A stretch of DNA of 64,000 nucleotides from Octopus sinensis (GCF_006345805.1 NC_043011.1:66786464-66850463); one strand, 5' to 3'; shown: positions 1-13,596, counted from the stretch's first letter. The notes: a model not told the origin generated them from the letters alone. A program made the numbers and translations.

Positions 1-89
1 TTGAATAAAGTCTTTCACTATTGAATGGTTTAATAGAGGTTTTTCTCCAAATTTTATACAAATATTACATATTGTGAAATTTGATTTAG

Positions 90-141
90 TTTTTCTAACT
101 TGAAATTTTCCCTATCAGTTTGGAATCATATTCCCTACTAT

Positions 142-209
<68 letters not shown>

Positions 210-294
210 CGTATAAATATAAGTATGTACATATATATTATTTACATTATTTTAGAATTGAACGCCACGCATCCTCTTCTAAGTTTTATCCCAC

Positions 295-346
<52 letters not shown>

Positions 347-1300
347 ATGTATGTGTGTGTGTGTGTGTTTGTGATCCGTGCATTGGTATGTATATCTATG
401 CAAAAGTGTGTATGTATGACGAAAGAGAATGAGATGGAACCGAATAGATATATTACGCATCGCTTATATCACATGTATATTCAGCGCACAAATAGAAACA
501 CTATATTAAAGCTAATTAACATATAGATAACTACGAGAAATAAGAAAGAAAATAATCATAGAATATTTCATTCTGTAATTTCGTGATCAAATCGTCATAT
601 TTTGTCGACTTCCACGTTACAATTTCTATTATAAATATGATGTAACAACTGTATCAACTGACGGAGAAAGCATGTAAAGTTGATCAATGACCTGCTATGT
701 CAGTAATACATTTACAACATTTTTCTTGTATAGTCACCAACACGACAGGTGTATAAAAGATAAATTTACAGAAAATTGTGATGTTTGTGTGTACCCGTAC
801 TTTCTGAACGAAAAACAGTATTACAAATACAATGTTTTCGGCCTAAATATAATGACTTTTATATATCCATTTTTAAAGAAAAAAAATTGTCAATTTTTAA
901 CCATTAAACGTCAAAAACATTCATGTGGTAATTGAGAAAATTTTAGATGACATGGAAAGATGGAAACCATCTGAATATTGGTTTTCAATTTTCTGGAAAG
1001 ACAAACAATTTCGGTGAGTGTGGAAAAAGAGTATTGCATCCACACCAGCACTTAATTTCTGCATATTTTATCGAACACGAAAAAGAGCAAATGCAACACC
1101 GACATGGACGGAAATGAAACTCTAAATATCCATCCTGTTTTCACTCACTTTTCTCTCTTCACTTTAATATCTTTACTCTCTATTTTTGTTCTCTTTCTCC
1201 TTTTTTTTATCTCCTATTCATTTAACCCATAATCACAGTTTTCTTATGCTATTACTTGCCTCTTTATTGCTTCACCCCACCTCAAAATACTTATATTTAC
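90..1300 (+). repeat. Ancient locally repeated unit, block A (copy 1)
   Basis: Motifs such as GGAATCATATTCCCTACTA, TAAATATGATGTAACAACTGTATCAACTGACGGAGAAAGCATGTAAAGTTGATCAATGAC and TTCTGCATATTT recur collinearly at ~19.7, 21.0-21.7, 22.65+26.8-27.2, 34.7+39.7-40.4 and 50.2 kb. Confidence 0.7.
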
Positions 1301-1479
1301 GTTCTGGCAATCTACATACTAGATTACCCATGACCCGTTGGGTCACCGGAACAGTCTGAGTTTTCCAGCAACGGTGTTTTGTTCCATGTCATTATTTAAT
1401 TTCGGAGTGAATAGTTTGCCCTTAAAACGACTTAAAACGATTAGTTACATTTAAAACGATTAAGAAATTACAAAAACCA

Positions 1480-3930
1480 ACTGACATACACAATGTCGAC
1501 GAAAGCTTACAGAGCTAGTCTAAACTATATTTAAAGCATACTGTGTTAAATATTAGATATTCTCAAAGTCACGTATAACATGGTAGACATATGTGGTTTG
1601 GGTTGATCTCTTGTAATACAAGGATTTCATTGTTATGGTTCATCTCAGTAAATAACGTCTCCAAAATATGACACTTTCATACTTGTAGTGGCATAATGAA
1701 TCCTTATGTATATGTGAGTAATAAATTGACAACTGCAGTTGCGAATACTCATCATCTACCAACCTGTAAATGAAAGAACAGTTTGATTGTTTACAGTTTT
1801 AGATCGATACACATTTAAAGAGTATTAGGTTAGCAATTTTACATGCATCCAATTTTAGCGTGCATCCATTATTCCTATTGAATTGGCCTATGGTTTCTAC
1901 GCTGATATAAACATGAAATATATTAGTAAGAACTACATATAATTTGATATGACATTTCTGAGGATATATAAAGGTAGATTTCGCTAATAGACCGATGTCT
2001 ATGCAATACATTTTACCATATCAGTTATTTTTCGAGAATTTTTTTTCATGAAATTACAAAGAGGTTTAATTGGATAAGTACTCGTTGTTTAATATAGCTG
2101 ACATATTCCGTTTATCTTCTACTTTTAAGCTTTTTTATGATGTGTGGTAAGTGTAGTTTGATTAGTATGGATGCTAGATTCAATTCACATTTACAGATGC
2201 CAGTAATTGTTGATGTAAAACCACCGAGGTATCCCCTGTCTTCAAGCTATTTCTTTTGCTACGATAATTATCGAACATGCTGTTATCGGGTGATTTTTCC
2301 GTCAAGGGAATGTCAATAACCCCGAAAACATTTCCTTTCGAATGCTCTCTCCTCATAATCAGTATTGTTACTGAAAATTTATTTGATAGCAATTTTATTC
2401 GCAACGGCTATGTAAATCAATAAAAATTCTATATTATTCCAATAAAAATAAACATTTGTTATTAAAGTGCTTTAACCATATTACAGCAAGGATCTACCGT
2501 ACCTGTATTATAAAACTAGTACCTCATTCTCATAATTGTAATTCCCTACATAGATTTATATAATATGTATAAGTCAAACTCTCCATAAGTTTACTGTAAC
2601 TACGCACATTCTTACTTCCGTTTTCTGCAACTGCCATTACAACGAGAAGTTCTTTGAACGTTATCGCGTTGAATTTACATTGCAACGGACATACAATATT
2701 TATTACATATCTAATGCATGTCATTTATTATAAGGCCTTCTATTTCAGCTTGCATCTTAAATATGACTTTAATACGGAAGATAGAAGTTGTAATACACCT
2801 GTTTTGAATATGTTCATTCACTTTCTGGAAATTAAATAATAGGGAAATTACACTGTAATACTACTGGAAAAGCAATATTTTTCTCTTTCAGATTATTGGC
2901 GTTAAATTTATTCATATGATACTGTTATCGTAACCATGTCGAAAAGGTTTACATACTATTTCACTGATAACAAAACCACAGCTGCCTTTACTACAGAAAT
3001 ATTTCAGCGGTAATATTTTCAATTAAAACAAACGGATCTTTCAAAGTAATTTAGTTATAGTAATATATTGTATACTCAGCGGCAGTAGAAATGTTTTGCT
3101 TATTCCACCAGAGTTTGCCTGAAATAAATATTGAAGTATTGTGAAAATTTAGTTTCAAAATGAAGTAATACATTTTCAAACATATACTCTAACATCCTCT
3201 ACTGAATATAGACGTCAGAATATTGCGATCGATGAAAAATCTTAGAAGTAGGAAACAATTGTTTTGGCAGGATTATTAAAAAATATAGCAACCGTGACTG
3301 TTCGTTACGTTTATGTCATTATGGTACTTCGTAAACCACATTCTTTACTATACAATTGAAAGAAAATACGAATGTACCTAATAACATTTTTTCCTTTCCT
3401 TGAGCCATTATTCCGTCACCAGTGACTTTAAGGAAATAATGACTGTTTATATTCTTACAATGAAGTAATCTACTTGAATCGTTAATTCCTCAGTCATTGA
3501 CGTTTTTTGGCAAATATAACTAAAGTAATACAAGCTACGTACCGCACATATGCTATTAAATTTACTTCTGTACCGTTTTGAATAATATAGGCTTTTCCAT
3601 CGAAAGCATTTATTAAAGTCCCTGTAATAACTGGAAGGTAAATATGAATCAAAATTATGCATTCAGCATTGCTTTATGTTTTATATTTTAATATCATCTC
3701 TATTCTGGAATTAGACACGCCTTTGAAATGGCTTCGAAATATAGGAAGAATAAATAAAAATGAAAACGCAGTTATCGAAGACAAAATGGCCTCTCATAAG
3801 TCTGCATCAAACTGTCTAGAGTTTAGCTCGTCAGATATCTTTAAACAACGATAGAATAATTGAACCACTTTAGATTCAAAATAAACAAAAATATAGCTAT
3901 CTTTTATTCATATTTCCTTCAATGTATTGC
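1480..3930 (+). repeat. Ancient locally repeated unit, block B (copy 1), identity unknown
   Basis: Collinear similarity (e.g. AAAGCATACTGTG, AACCTGTAAATG, CAGCGGCAGTAGAAAT, TATTCTGGA) to 7.1-9.9, 31.6-34.3, 45.1-47.2 and 56.9-60.2 kb. Confidence 0.75.
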
Positions 3931-3942
3931 TGTTTCCTTTAT

Positions 3943-3946
<4 letters not shown>

Positions 3947-4032
<86 letters not shown>

Positions 4033-4039
4033 TATATAC

Positions 4040-4074
<35 letters not shown>

Positions 4075-4110
4075 CATATATATATACATATATATGTATA
4101 TATATACATA
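3947..4110. repeat. (TA)n/(TACA) microsatellite
   Basis: Direct reading. Confidence 0.98.
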
Positions 4111-4111
4111 T

Positions 4112-4288
4112 AGCCCGGAGAAATCCCGGATAAACCCCTACACCCGGATATGTCTCTGTAAACAATAACTCTCTACTTGAGTGGGCCATAGTGCCCAAAT
4201 TCTGTCTTGAAAGACTTCACCAGGTGGTGCTATTAAGTTAGACATGGCCTGGCCCAATAATGGCTGAAGCCTATCAAAGTATCAAAAT
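4112..4288 (+). mobile_element. 5'-truncated 3' tail of LINE family 2 (CR1-group)
   Basis: Shares IPDKP-coding sequence and CAGGTGGTGCTATTAAGTTAGACATGGCCTGG with the 3' end of the 34780-39479 element. Confidence 0.8.
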
Positions 4289-4293
4289 ATATA

Positions 4294-4354
<61 letters not shown>

Positions 4355-4359
4355 TTATT

Positions 4360-4925
4360 TCTTTTGATAGCAAACTATGGGGCAGGGCCAATAACCATAG
4401 CATCAACCGTAGCAACCTATTCGATATATCCATAGCATCATCGGATTCAGCTCAGGTCACTGACTTCGTTTGGCTTTATAAACTATACCAGCTCCACAGG
4501 TACTTTCCTAATATCAGGGGATGCCTATATAGGTACGATGCTTTATTAATTACTAAAAGTATAAATAAATCCTCATAAGAAAGAACCAGAAAGGACCTAC
4601 ATAAATTCTTTTCTAACCTAAACATATTTATCTCATTCAAAAACGCCCACAAAACTGCTAACTTTCTGGACGCAAACCTAAACTTAATCACATCCCAATA
4701 CTCCCCTTACCACAAACCTAACCAGTGCCTTAAATACGTTAACATCCATTCCAATCACCATAAATGCACTTTTAATAATATAATCAAGGAAATCTCAACC
4801 CGCATATCTGCCCTCACTTCCACTGAAGAGATCTTCAATAATCACACACCATATTATAATCAAGCACATGCCACTAGCGGCTTCTCTTAACAAATAGAAT
4901 ACATCCAGAACACCAGGCTGAAACA
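4360..4925 (+). mobile_element. Penelope-like element RT fragment
   Basis: One frame through ~4420-4910 with two stops: NLFDISIASSDSAQVTDF...CLYRYDALL (decayed YRDD)...KTANFLDANLNL...PYHKPN..LKYVNIHSNH...ISTRIS..TSTEEIFNNHTPYYNQA, typical PLE RT palm/thumb. Confidence 0.85.
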
Positions 4926-4934
4926 ATACATATT

Positions 4935-7120
4935 CAGTTATTTAGTTAGTTAATTTTTCGGCTCAAAAAGCGAAAAGCCAGGCCTTGTAGGGGGACATGG
5001 AGTTATGTACAGGATGGTGTTCATATAAAGAGTTCAGGCCTCTTGAGGTCAAGGGAGACTTTGAACCGAGCGGTCGTCGGCATCTTCAATATCTCGTCTG
5101 GCAGCTTATTCCACGGATCCGCAAACCGGACGGAGAATGCCCCTCTCCTTCGATTGAGATGAAGTCGTCGCAGATAGAGCTTTTCGGAATGACCCCGCAG
5201 CCGACGCTCTGGAGCTGGTGTGAGGAACAGCTCTTTCCAGAGGTTACATTTTCCGCTTATGATGTTGTGAGCAAGAATGAGATTTCCACGGCGTCATCGT
5301 TTTTCTAGAGAATAAAGGTCGAACGTCTTCAGCCTTTCTTCATAAGACAAATACTTGACACCAAGAACCATGCGGGTAGCCAGCTTCTGGACTCTTTCGA
5401 GATGCTGTATATCTTTGAGGAGATAAGGAGAAGAGGCTTGAATCCCATACTCCAATATGGTCTCGCCAGCATGACATAGAGTGGTAGGAATATGGTTGCT
5501 GTGAGAATTCCGAATGACCGTCGAATCAAGAACAGAAATCCGCGTGCTTTGTTGGTAGCATGGACGCACTGGGCCGAAGGAGAGAAAACGAGGAATCCCA
5601 GGGTCCTTTACCTGATCGGTCCTCTCCAGCAGCAGACGACCCGGCTCGAAATCAAGTTGAGTTGCAGGAGGAGAGCCAACAGGCAGATGACAGCATTTTG
5701 ACACGTTCAGACATAGGTCCCATTCGTTAGACCATCTCCAAATTTGGTGGAGGCATCGACGAAGATCCTCTATATCACCGCGAGGAGCGACCAGTTTGAT
5801 ATCGTCGGCAAATAGAAGGGTGTGTTGCGTGAGGTCGTCGGGCAAGTCATTTTTAAAGACTAAGAACAATAAGGGCCCAAGCACTGAACCTTGAGGCACG
5901 CCACTGCTCGCACTGGAGACGTCGGACCGCGAACCATTAACTTGGACTTGGAAGGAGCGATCTGAAAAGAAGGAACCAACCCATCGTACAATATCTGGAT
6001 GGAAACTATATGCTTGAAGCTTGACAAGTAATAGCTGTTGGTTTACCGAATCAAAAGCTTTGGCAAAGTCCAATAAAACGATGTCAACAGCATCACTATC
6101 ATCGTCACCAATTCTTCCATTACCAGTAAGTTGGTCAAGCATGATCTCTTCGGCACGAAGCCGTGTTGGGAATCAGAGATAGAGGCTGTGTTTTGGAGGT
6201 GGAGCATCATACTTTTCTTAAGAATGGTTTCGAACATCTTGCTGATTATTGAAGTAAGGGAAACCGGTCGGTAGTTAAGCGGGTCTTCGCGGCTCCCTTT
6301 CTTGAAAATTGGACAGATTATCGCTGTTCTCCAGTCCGCAAGCATAACACCCGTCACCAATGACATATTGAATAGACGTGTTAAGGGCTCGCAGATGACA
6401 GGAGCCAGCGCTTTGATAACCCGTGGGTGTATGCCGTCAGGGACGTGACCCTTGTTGACATTGAGGCCTTGAATAACGCGTTCTGCTTCGTCCAGCGTGA
6501 TGATCAATCGAAGCATTGGAGGTACCGATCTATCAAATGGAGGGGATTTACGACCATCATCTTGTTTGAAAATAGTTGAAACAGCCTCAGCAAATAATTG
6601 ACTCTGCTGATAAGTGTCCTCAATCGATACGCCTGTTGAGTCTACCAACGTTGCAATTTGGTTGTTCAAGCGGGAATTCCGTTGGACATGGGCAAAGAAA
6701 GTTTTGGGATTGCTACTGGCGTTTGCCGCGATTTTGTATTCATATCTGAAGCGTTCTTCCTTTTCAATTTTCACGGCTCGGTCTCGTTGAGTTTTGTACA
6801 CCTAAAAAGCTGCAGTCGAATCCAGATTTTTGAATTCCGCCCATGCAATATCTCTGAGTTGAAGTTCTCGTTTAACCTTCTTCGTCACCCAGGGCTTGTG
6901 TTTCTTCTTCTTGGGAAGCCCAACGGGAACTGCCTGGTCAGTCAACCAGATTACATATGCTTTGAGGGATGACCATAGTTCGTCAACTGATGACAACCTC
7001 ATCAGGGATCGCCAGTCCTGAAGCGCGGAAGCCTCGGTTAGAATTTCAAGATTAATTGCAGAGAAGACACTACGTGGCAGCGAAGTAGTCGTGGGCGTAG
7101 AAAAAGTTGTGTGCATGAAT
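4935..7120 (-). mobile_element. CR1-group LINE family 1, 5'-truncated copy
   Basis: Minus ORFs with NYRPVSLTS, QHGF, LDFAKAFDSV, GVPQGSVLGP, LFADD; (TAAC)-like 3' tail at ~4937-4952; highly similar to 24590-26786. Confidence 0.95.
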
Positions 7121-7139
7121 GACTTTTTGTATCTTGGGT

Positions 7140-9945
7140 TTTGTGAGATGTGACTGCTTTTAAATTTTGTGTGATTTTTCGGTTAACTTCCCTTAATGCT
7201 TGTATGACTATTTCCTTTCTTCGCTTCACCCCTTCGTTTATTAATGATGGTGGGTAATGTCTTCTGCGGAGTGTCGAATTAAGTTCACAGAGTCTCCGTT
7301 TGCGGAGATTGGTATCCGAAACTATAGTTTATACTCATTTCGCTAGATTATAAGGTATATTAATTTTTAATATATTTGGGTTGGTATGAGTTAAATAACA
7401 GGTATGGTTTTGACATTTCCTTGAGAGACGATGATAATTTATTTTGCTTTTAGATATGAGAACGGAAACCATTTTATATAAATTTTACTCATATTTAAAT
7501 TACACGAAGGTTACAGTTACAAAATTCTAAGTATGGAGTACTCAAATTATAACAGATATTCCAACAGCTATAAACTCTTTAAACACATAAGATATAGTGA
7601 TATTAATGAAATACATTATTGCTTTCGTCCGAGTTATTTTTTACCAGAGATATTAAATACTACTCTGAAAGTAAAATGCATCATAATTTTATATATGAGG
7701 AATTATAATTAATGCCACATTGAAATATTTTCCAATACCTTACTGTTCTCGTTAAGGAATCGCCCGGTACATATGTGCACTCAAATGTATGTTTTGTCGT
7801 AAGAGATTATATTTCATAATATAGTCTCTCGTGTGGGGCTATTTATTATAGCATCTCTGTTAAGTGATACTTCACGATCCACAATGCGAAATCTTAATTA
7901 ATGTAGAATTCCTGGCTTTCTTACCATTATTGATTCTGCTTCTATGGTACCATCTTCATCCGGGGTAAATACTTCGAATGCGACATTAAAAACAATTTGG
8001 AAATTAAAAAAAACAATGACGCAGTGAAATTCGTTGAAATATCTCAGAGATATTTTAATCTATATTTAAAGCATACTGTGTAGGGCATTATTAGAATCCT
8101 CAATGTCACATATGAAATTGTAGACATTTGTAGTCCAGTCGTTCTAGTTGTGATACTGGAATTTCGTTGTTCGGCTCATCTTTTTGAATAAATTTTTCAA
8201 ATTAATACGCATATGTACTTCTAGTACCATAAGAAATATTTATGCATGTGTGAGCAATAATGTTACAAAAGCAGCTCTGGATACTGGCTGACCGCTAACC
8301 TGTAAATGGAAGAAAAGTTTTGTTATTTGAGATTTAATAAAAACAATGACGTAACGTGAATTAGGTGAGCCTTTTTGCTAGTGAGATGTTTTACTGTGCA
8401 ATTCTTATCACTTCCATTAATTTCCGAATAGTCTATGTTATCTTCGATGATATAAACACAAAATATATTAATCAGGGCCACATATAATTTTATGTTACTT
8501 ATCAGGATTTGACAAGGTAGATTCCCCTATCAGGCGGAAGTGAATGTTGAGTTTTTTAAACATATACGCTATGTTTGCATAGGTGCGCTTTCTTGTGCAT
8601 ACCCTATCTTGTACTTTTATTGATTTTAAGCCCGAACGTTGACGTAGGTTTACTCGAATTGTTGCTAGATTCCATTTACACCCGCAGATGCTAACAATTG
8701 TTGAGGTAGAATAACTACGGTAATTACCAAACCAGCAGCCTTGAGATCATTGTTCATTAAGGGGAAACTACAGAATCCTATTCTTAAACACTTTCTTTTC
8801 AGTTATATACACGTAATAATCAGCTGTACCATTGAACAATTTTTCGATTACAATTATATTTCGACGGGCTTATAACTCCATAAATATTATATCATATGTA
8901 TTATAAAGACTATACACATGTATGCTATCAAAATACATTCAAAATATTCCTGTACGGATATCTGTAGCCCATTTGTATTAAGAGCGAATCAACGCATTCT
9001 CATAATTCTAATTCCTATGCTTACTGTGAAATTCAATGTTATTGTAACTTCACGGTCTCTTAATGTAATTTTCTAAAACACCCCTTACATTGGAACCATC
9101 TTTTAACTTTCTCAATCAAGGAAGATTAACTAGAAAACTGACGTAAATTTCATTTAGGACGTTATAATATGACCCTTTGCTCTCCGGGTGCATTGCATTA
9201 TGTTTTATGCCAATGTTACCGTTATTGAAGTCATATGAAACGGTTTACCATACTATGTTACTAGACTCAGCGGCAGTAGAAATACTTTACTTGCTCCAAC
9301 TATGTTCCACAATACCTTGCCCGACGGAGAAGTATTCTGAAAATATTTCGAATTAATGTGAAAAATTAGTTTCAAAAGCAATAATAGATTCTCAAACCTA
9401 TTCCCATGCGAAAAATTATCATCTGCTGAATATAGAAACCATGATAGAGCAATCGATTACAGATCTTACAAAATAGATTGTCAAAAGCAATTAAAACCAC
9501 TGCAAGCATAAAGGTTTATGACGTTTATTTCAATCGCTGTACGCCCTATGCCCCATTATTTAGCATTGAATTGCGAGCTAAATATCATTCCTTCTTCCTT
9601 CGCTCGATTGTTTCATCAAAGGTGATTTAAAGAAAATTAAAGATAGTTTAGATTTTAAAAATAAACAATGATTTTTAAAAAGTCAATTCCTCAGTCGATG
9701 CCTTTTAATGGAAATATAATGAACACAAGGCAACTACTTAGCGGGTACTTACGCAACTCTAAATACATAAAGCCATAAACTGATGGAAACAAACTTTGGA
9801 TATTCTCCAGATGCAAGATCTAAACTGATTGAACTTTCTGGAAAGGGAAAATATGAGCGAAAATCATAAATTCAGGTATTCTTCTATTGTTTATATTTTA
9901 AGAAAAACCCCATTTCTGGAGTCAGACTCGACTTTCATAATAATT
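7140..9945 (+). repeat. Ancient unit block B (copy 2)
   Basis: Aligns by eye to 56900-59650 (e.g. ATATATGAGG..TTTCCAATACCT) and, from ~8040 on, to 1500-3720. Confidence 0.7.
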
Positions 9946-10026
9946 CAATTTGTATTTTCTCTCTGCAAATTAGGTGAAAATAACACACACACACAGACAC
10001 ACACACACACAGACACACACACACAT

Positions 10027-10072
<46 letters not shown>

Positions 10073-10117
10073 GGAAAATCAAGATAAAAAATGCTGAAAT
10101 TATTTTACAAAAGATTT

Positions 10118-10158
10118 TTCACTACCGGTTTCAGCCATTGAGACTTTTTCAACTGTAA
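10118..10158 (-). ncRNA. Degenerate minimal hammerhead-like motif (U3-A8 core)
   Basis: Minus strand CAG-TTGAAAA-AGTC(TCAAT)GGCT-GAAA-CCGG-TA-GTG; stem I poorly paired. Confidence 0.35.
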
Positions 10159-11460
10159 GTATGGAAAACAATCTAATTTTTGAAAACTTAAAATATAAGG
10201 TTTTTTTTTAAAGAATATTTGTATAGTGTTCAAATACAATTTGTATTTTCCTTCTTTCTGCCTGTATCTGTCTTACTTGTTTACTCTTGTGGGTTCGAGT
10301 TCGTAGTGAATTCCTGGTAGGGAAGAAAAAGGAGGAGGAGAAGAAGAAGAAGAAGAAGAACAACAACAACAACAACAACAAAACGAAATTGGGATTGCCA
10401 CTTTAAAAATGATATCTAAATTATAATCAACAAATATAGTACTTAAAACCTAAAATTTACTCTATCAATAAATATATAGACATATAATGAAAAATATATA
10501 AATTTATTAGTCCATCATTACTTACATAAATACTATAAATATCAATATAATATATTTATGAAATACATTTAAAAATTAAAGATTAAAAATCAAATTAAAA
10601 ACATATAAACTATCTTAAAAGAACCGGATGATTATTTTACGATCAATATACCTCAGTGACTAAGTAATATCTTACAAATTACGTAAAGTTATAATCTAAT
10701 AATTAAATACATATCATCAACAACTAAATAATTATAGATTCAAATTAACAATCAGTATTTATATAGTATACAATACAATACAATGAAACTTCTTAAAGTA
10801 TCTTAACATATCTTAAATAGAAAGGTTTACTTAGCTTTCAAAACCGTTTTTGAAAGCTTAGTAAAACTCTTCTATATAATTGTCAAATAATTTGGTAATA
10901 AAATATTGGTAAATAACTGAGTTAAGGATATATATATTTGTGCATATTGCCATGCTAGATCGCTAGCCATTAAGAATTTCTTTATTTTTTCTCCCTGCTT
11001 ATTTCTATGTTCCTTTCTGTCGAAGAGCGTTGTATGGACACGTACAAGACTTTCTCACTTCCCGAGAGTTAAACTAGTACATCTGTTTGTTGTTTACACA
11101 TCCGTCTTCTTCGTTTGTTTATTTTTTTGAAAGTTTCATTATATATGTACATATACATATATATGTGTGTGTATGTGTATATATATATATATATATATAG
11201 CAATTAAGGACAACTACTTAATAAGGAAAACTTAACAAGAAATTGTCAGGTAGATAGCGTAAAAACCTCATAAGAGAAAAAATTTCGAAAATAATTATTT
11301 CTTATTGAACATATTAATTTATATATAGAGGGCATTATACATACATGCCAGGAGGCATTCTACATACACGCCATACGCTAAGAGGGACAATCAGTCATTT
11401 CTACCAAAAATATTACTAATCCTACCGAATGCAATTTTTCAAAGAAAGACATTTAAAATA

Positions 11461-11520
11461 TATAGACCTGTATCACAGTGATTTCATACTTACGTAATCA
11501 TCAGCAGGCCTGAATATACT
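11461..11520 (-). ncRNA. Type I hammerhead ribozyme motif, array copy 1
   Basis: Minus: AGGCCTG-CTGATGA-T.TAC(GTAA)GTA.T-GAAA-TCAC(T)GTGA-TA-CAGGTCT; predicted cut between 11471 and 11470. U.U mismatch at the base of stem II. Confidence 0.7.
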
Positions 11521-11941
11521 ATAAATAAACAACGACCCTGCTTCGCTTAAGCCGATCAGCTAACTGATCAACATCAACGAAGCACATGGGTGAATTTATA
11601 TATACTATATCCGGATGAATGGCAAGCTTTTACGAATTGCATTTCGGGAGAGGAAAAGTTTTTTCGGAATAAAAATTTAGCAATTAAGGACAACTACTTA
11701 ATAAGGAAAACTTAACAAGAAATTGTCAGGTAGATAGCGTAAAAACCTCATAAGAGAAAAAATTTCGAAAATAATTATTTCTTATTGAACATATTAATTT
11801 ATATATAGAGGGCATTATACATACATGCCAGGAGGCATTCTACATACACGCCATACGCTAAGAGGGACAATCAGTCATTTCTACCAAAAATATTACTAAT
11901 CCTACCGAATGCAATTTTTCAAAGAAAGACATTTAAAAATA

Positions 11942-12001
11942 TATAGACCTGTATCACAGTGATTTCATACTTACGTAATCATCAGCAGGCCTGAATATAC
12001 T
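11942..12001 (-). ncRNA. Type I hammerhead ribozyme motif, array copy 2
   Basis: Identical to copy 1. Confidence 0.7.
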
Positions 12002-12422
12002 ATAAATAAACAACGACCCTGCTTCGCTTAAGCCGATCAGCTAACTGATCAACATCAACGAAGCACATGGGTGAATTTATATATACTATATCCGGATGAA
12101 TGGCAAACTTTTACGAATTGCATTTCGGGAGAGGAAAAGTTTTTTCGGAATAAAAATTTAGCAATTAAGGACAACTACTTAATAAGGAAAACTTAACAAG
12201 AAATTGTCAGGTAGATAGCGTAAAAACCTCATAAGAGAAAAAATTTCGAAAATAATTATTTCTTATTGAACATATTAATTTATATATAGAGGGCATTATA
12301 CATACATGCCAGGAGGCATTCTACATACACGCCATACGCTAAGAGGGACAATCAGTCATTTCTACCAAAAATATTACTAATCCTACCGAATGCAATTTTT
12401 CAAAGAAAGACATTTAAAAATA

Positions 12423-12482
12423 TATAGACCTGTATCACAGTGATTTCATACTTACGTAATCATCAGCAGGCCTGAATATACT
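12423..12482 (-). ncRNA. Type I hammerhead ribozyme motif, array copy 3
   Basis: Identical to copy 1. Confidence 0.7.
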
Positions 12483-12903
12483 ATAAATAAACAACGACCC
12501 TGCTTCGCTTAAGCCGATCAGCTAACTGATCAACATCAACGAAGCACATGGGTGAATTTATATATACTATATCCGGATGAATGGCAAACTTTTACGAATT
12601 GCATTTCGGGAGAGGAAAAGTTTTTTCGGAATAAAAATTTAGCAATTAAGGACAACTACTTAATAAGGAAAACTTAACAAGAAATTGTCAGGTAGATAGC
12701 GTAAAAACCTCATAAGAGAAAAAATTTCGAAAATAATTATTTCTTATTGAACATATTAATTTATATATAGAGGGCATTATACATACATGCCAGGAGGCAT
12801 TCTACATACACGCCATACGCTAAGAGGGACAATCAGTCATTTCTACCAAAAATATTACTAATCCTACCGAATGCAATTTTTCAAAGAAAGACATTTAAAA
12901 ATA

Positions 12904-12962
12904 TATAGACCTGTATCACAGTGATTTCATACTTACGTAATCATCAGCAGCCTGAATATACT
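12904..12962 (-). ncRNA. Type I hammerhead ribozyme motif, array copy 4 (1-nt deletion in stem I)
   Basis: CAGCAGCCTG instead of CAGCAGGCCTG on plus strand; may be a sequencing error. Confidence 0.6.
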
Positions 12963-13255
12963 ATAAATAAACAACGACCCTGCTTCGCTTAAGCCGATCA
13001 GCTAACTGATCAACATCAACGAAGCACATGGTGAATTTATATATACTATATCCGGATGAATGGCAAACTTTTACGAATTGCATTCGGGAGAGGAAAAGTT
13101 TTTTCGGAATAAAAATTTTGCAATTAAGGACAACTACTTAATAAGGAAAACTTAACAAGAAATTGTCAGGTAGATAGCGTAAAAACCTCATAAGAGAAAA
13201 AATTTCGAAAATATATATATATATATATATGTGTGTATATATGTGTATGTATATA

Positions 13256-13321
<66 letters not shown>

Positions 13322-13554
13322 CGTATATAATAGAAATATTAAAATTACTAAGTCTCTCTAAAAGAGAACAGCGGCAGCGTTCCCGGAAAATAATAGTTAT
13401 CGCCATACTAATATGGCATTCTTATAAAAAAAATAAGCTGTCCGCTTATTAGCTCCATGAGGCCATCGCCTTAAGTTAGCTATTTGATACACAAACTGTA
13501 TCCATATAACCTTCGAACAAGGGAAGTCAGTCGCTCCACACTACTTGACCGGCA

Positions 13555-13596
13555 GCTACAGACGCGTTTCGGGGTATTGCCCCTTTTCAATGCAGC
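13555..13596 (-). ncRNA. Type I hammerhead motif with U3-A8 core
   Basis: Minus: GCTGCA-TTGAAAA-GGGG(CAATA)CCCC-GAAA-CGCG-TC-TGTAGC. Confidence 0.7.

Larger units (their letters stand above)
11199..13213 (-). repeat. Tandem array of ~480 bp units (4.2 copies), retrozyme/PLE-terminal-repeat-like
   Basis: GCAATTAAGGACAACTAC recurs at ~11200, 11680, 12161, 12642, 13119; units nearly identical; both ends abut (TA)n; no ORF. Confidence 0.95.

Noticed and set aside
120-526. ORFs rich in CV/HT/IY dipeptides (also 3860-4198, 13188-13452, 17638-18194, 41221-41592 etc.)
   Set aside because: Translations of (GT)n/(TA)n microsatellites, not genes.
1690-1790. Conserved splice-like signals in block B (TTTACAG on minus; GTGAGT/GTAAGC on plus)
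   Set aside because: They occur on opposite strands with no partner sites or consistent exon, and are explainable by shared ancestry.
11000-11060. Hammerhead at a probable PLE-type terminal repeat (CTTTCTGTCGAAGAGCG...)
   Set aside because: No intact CUGANGA or GAAA, and stems cannot be formed in this copy.
11199-13213. CRISPR-like or rDNA-like array
   Set aside because: Units are full-length identical with no spacers and show no rRNA/5S similarity that I can recognise.
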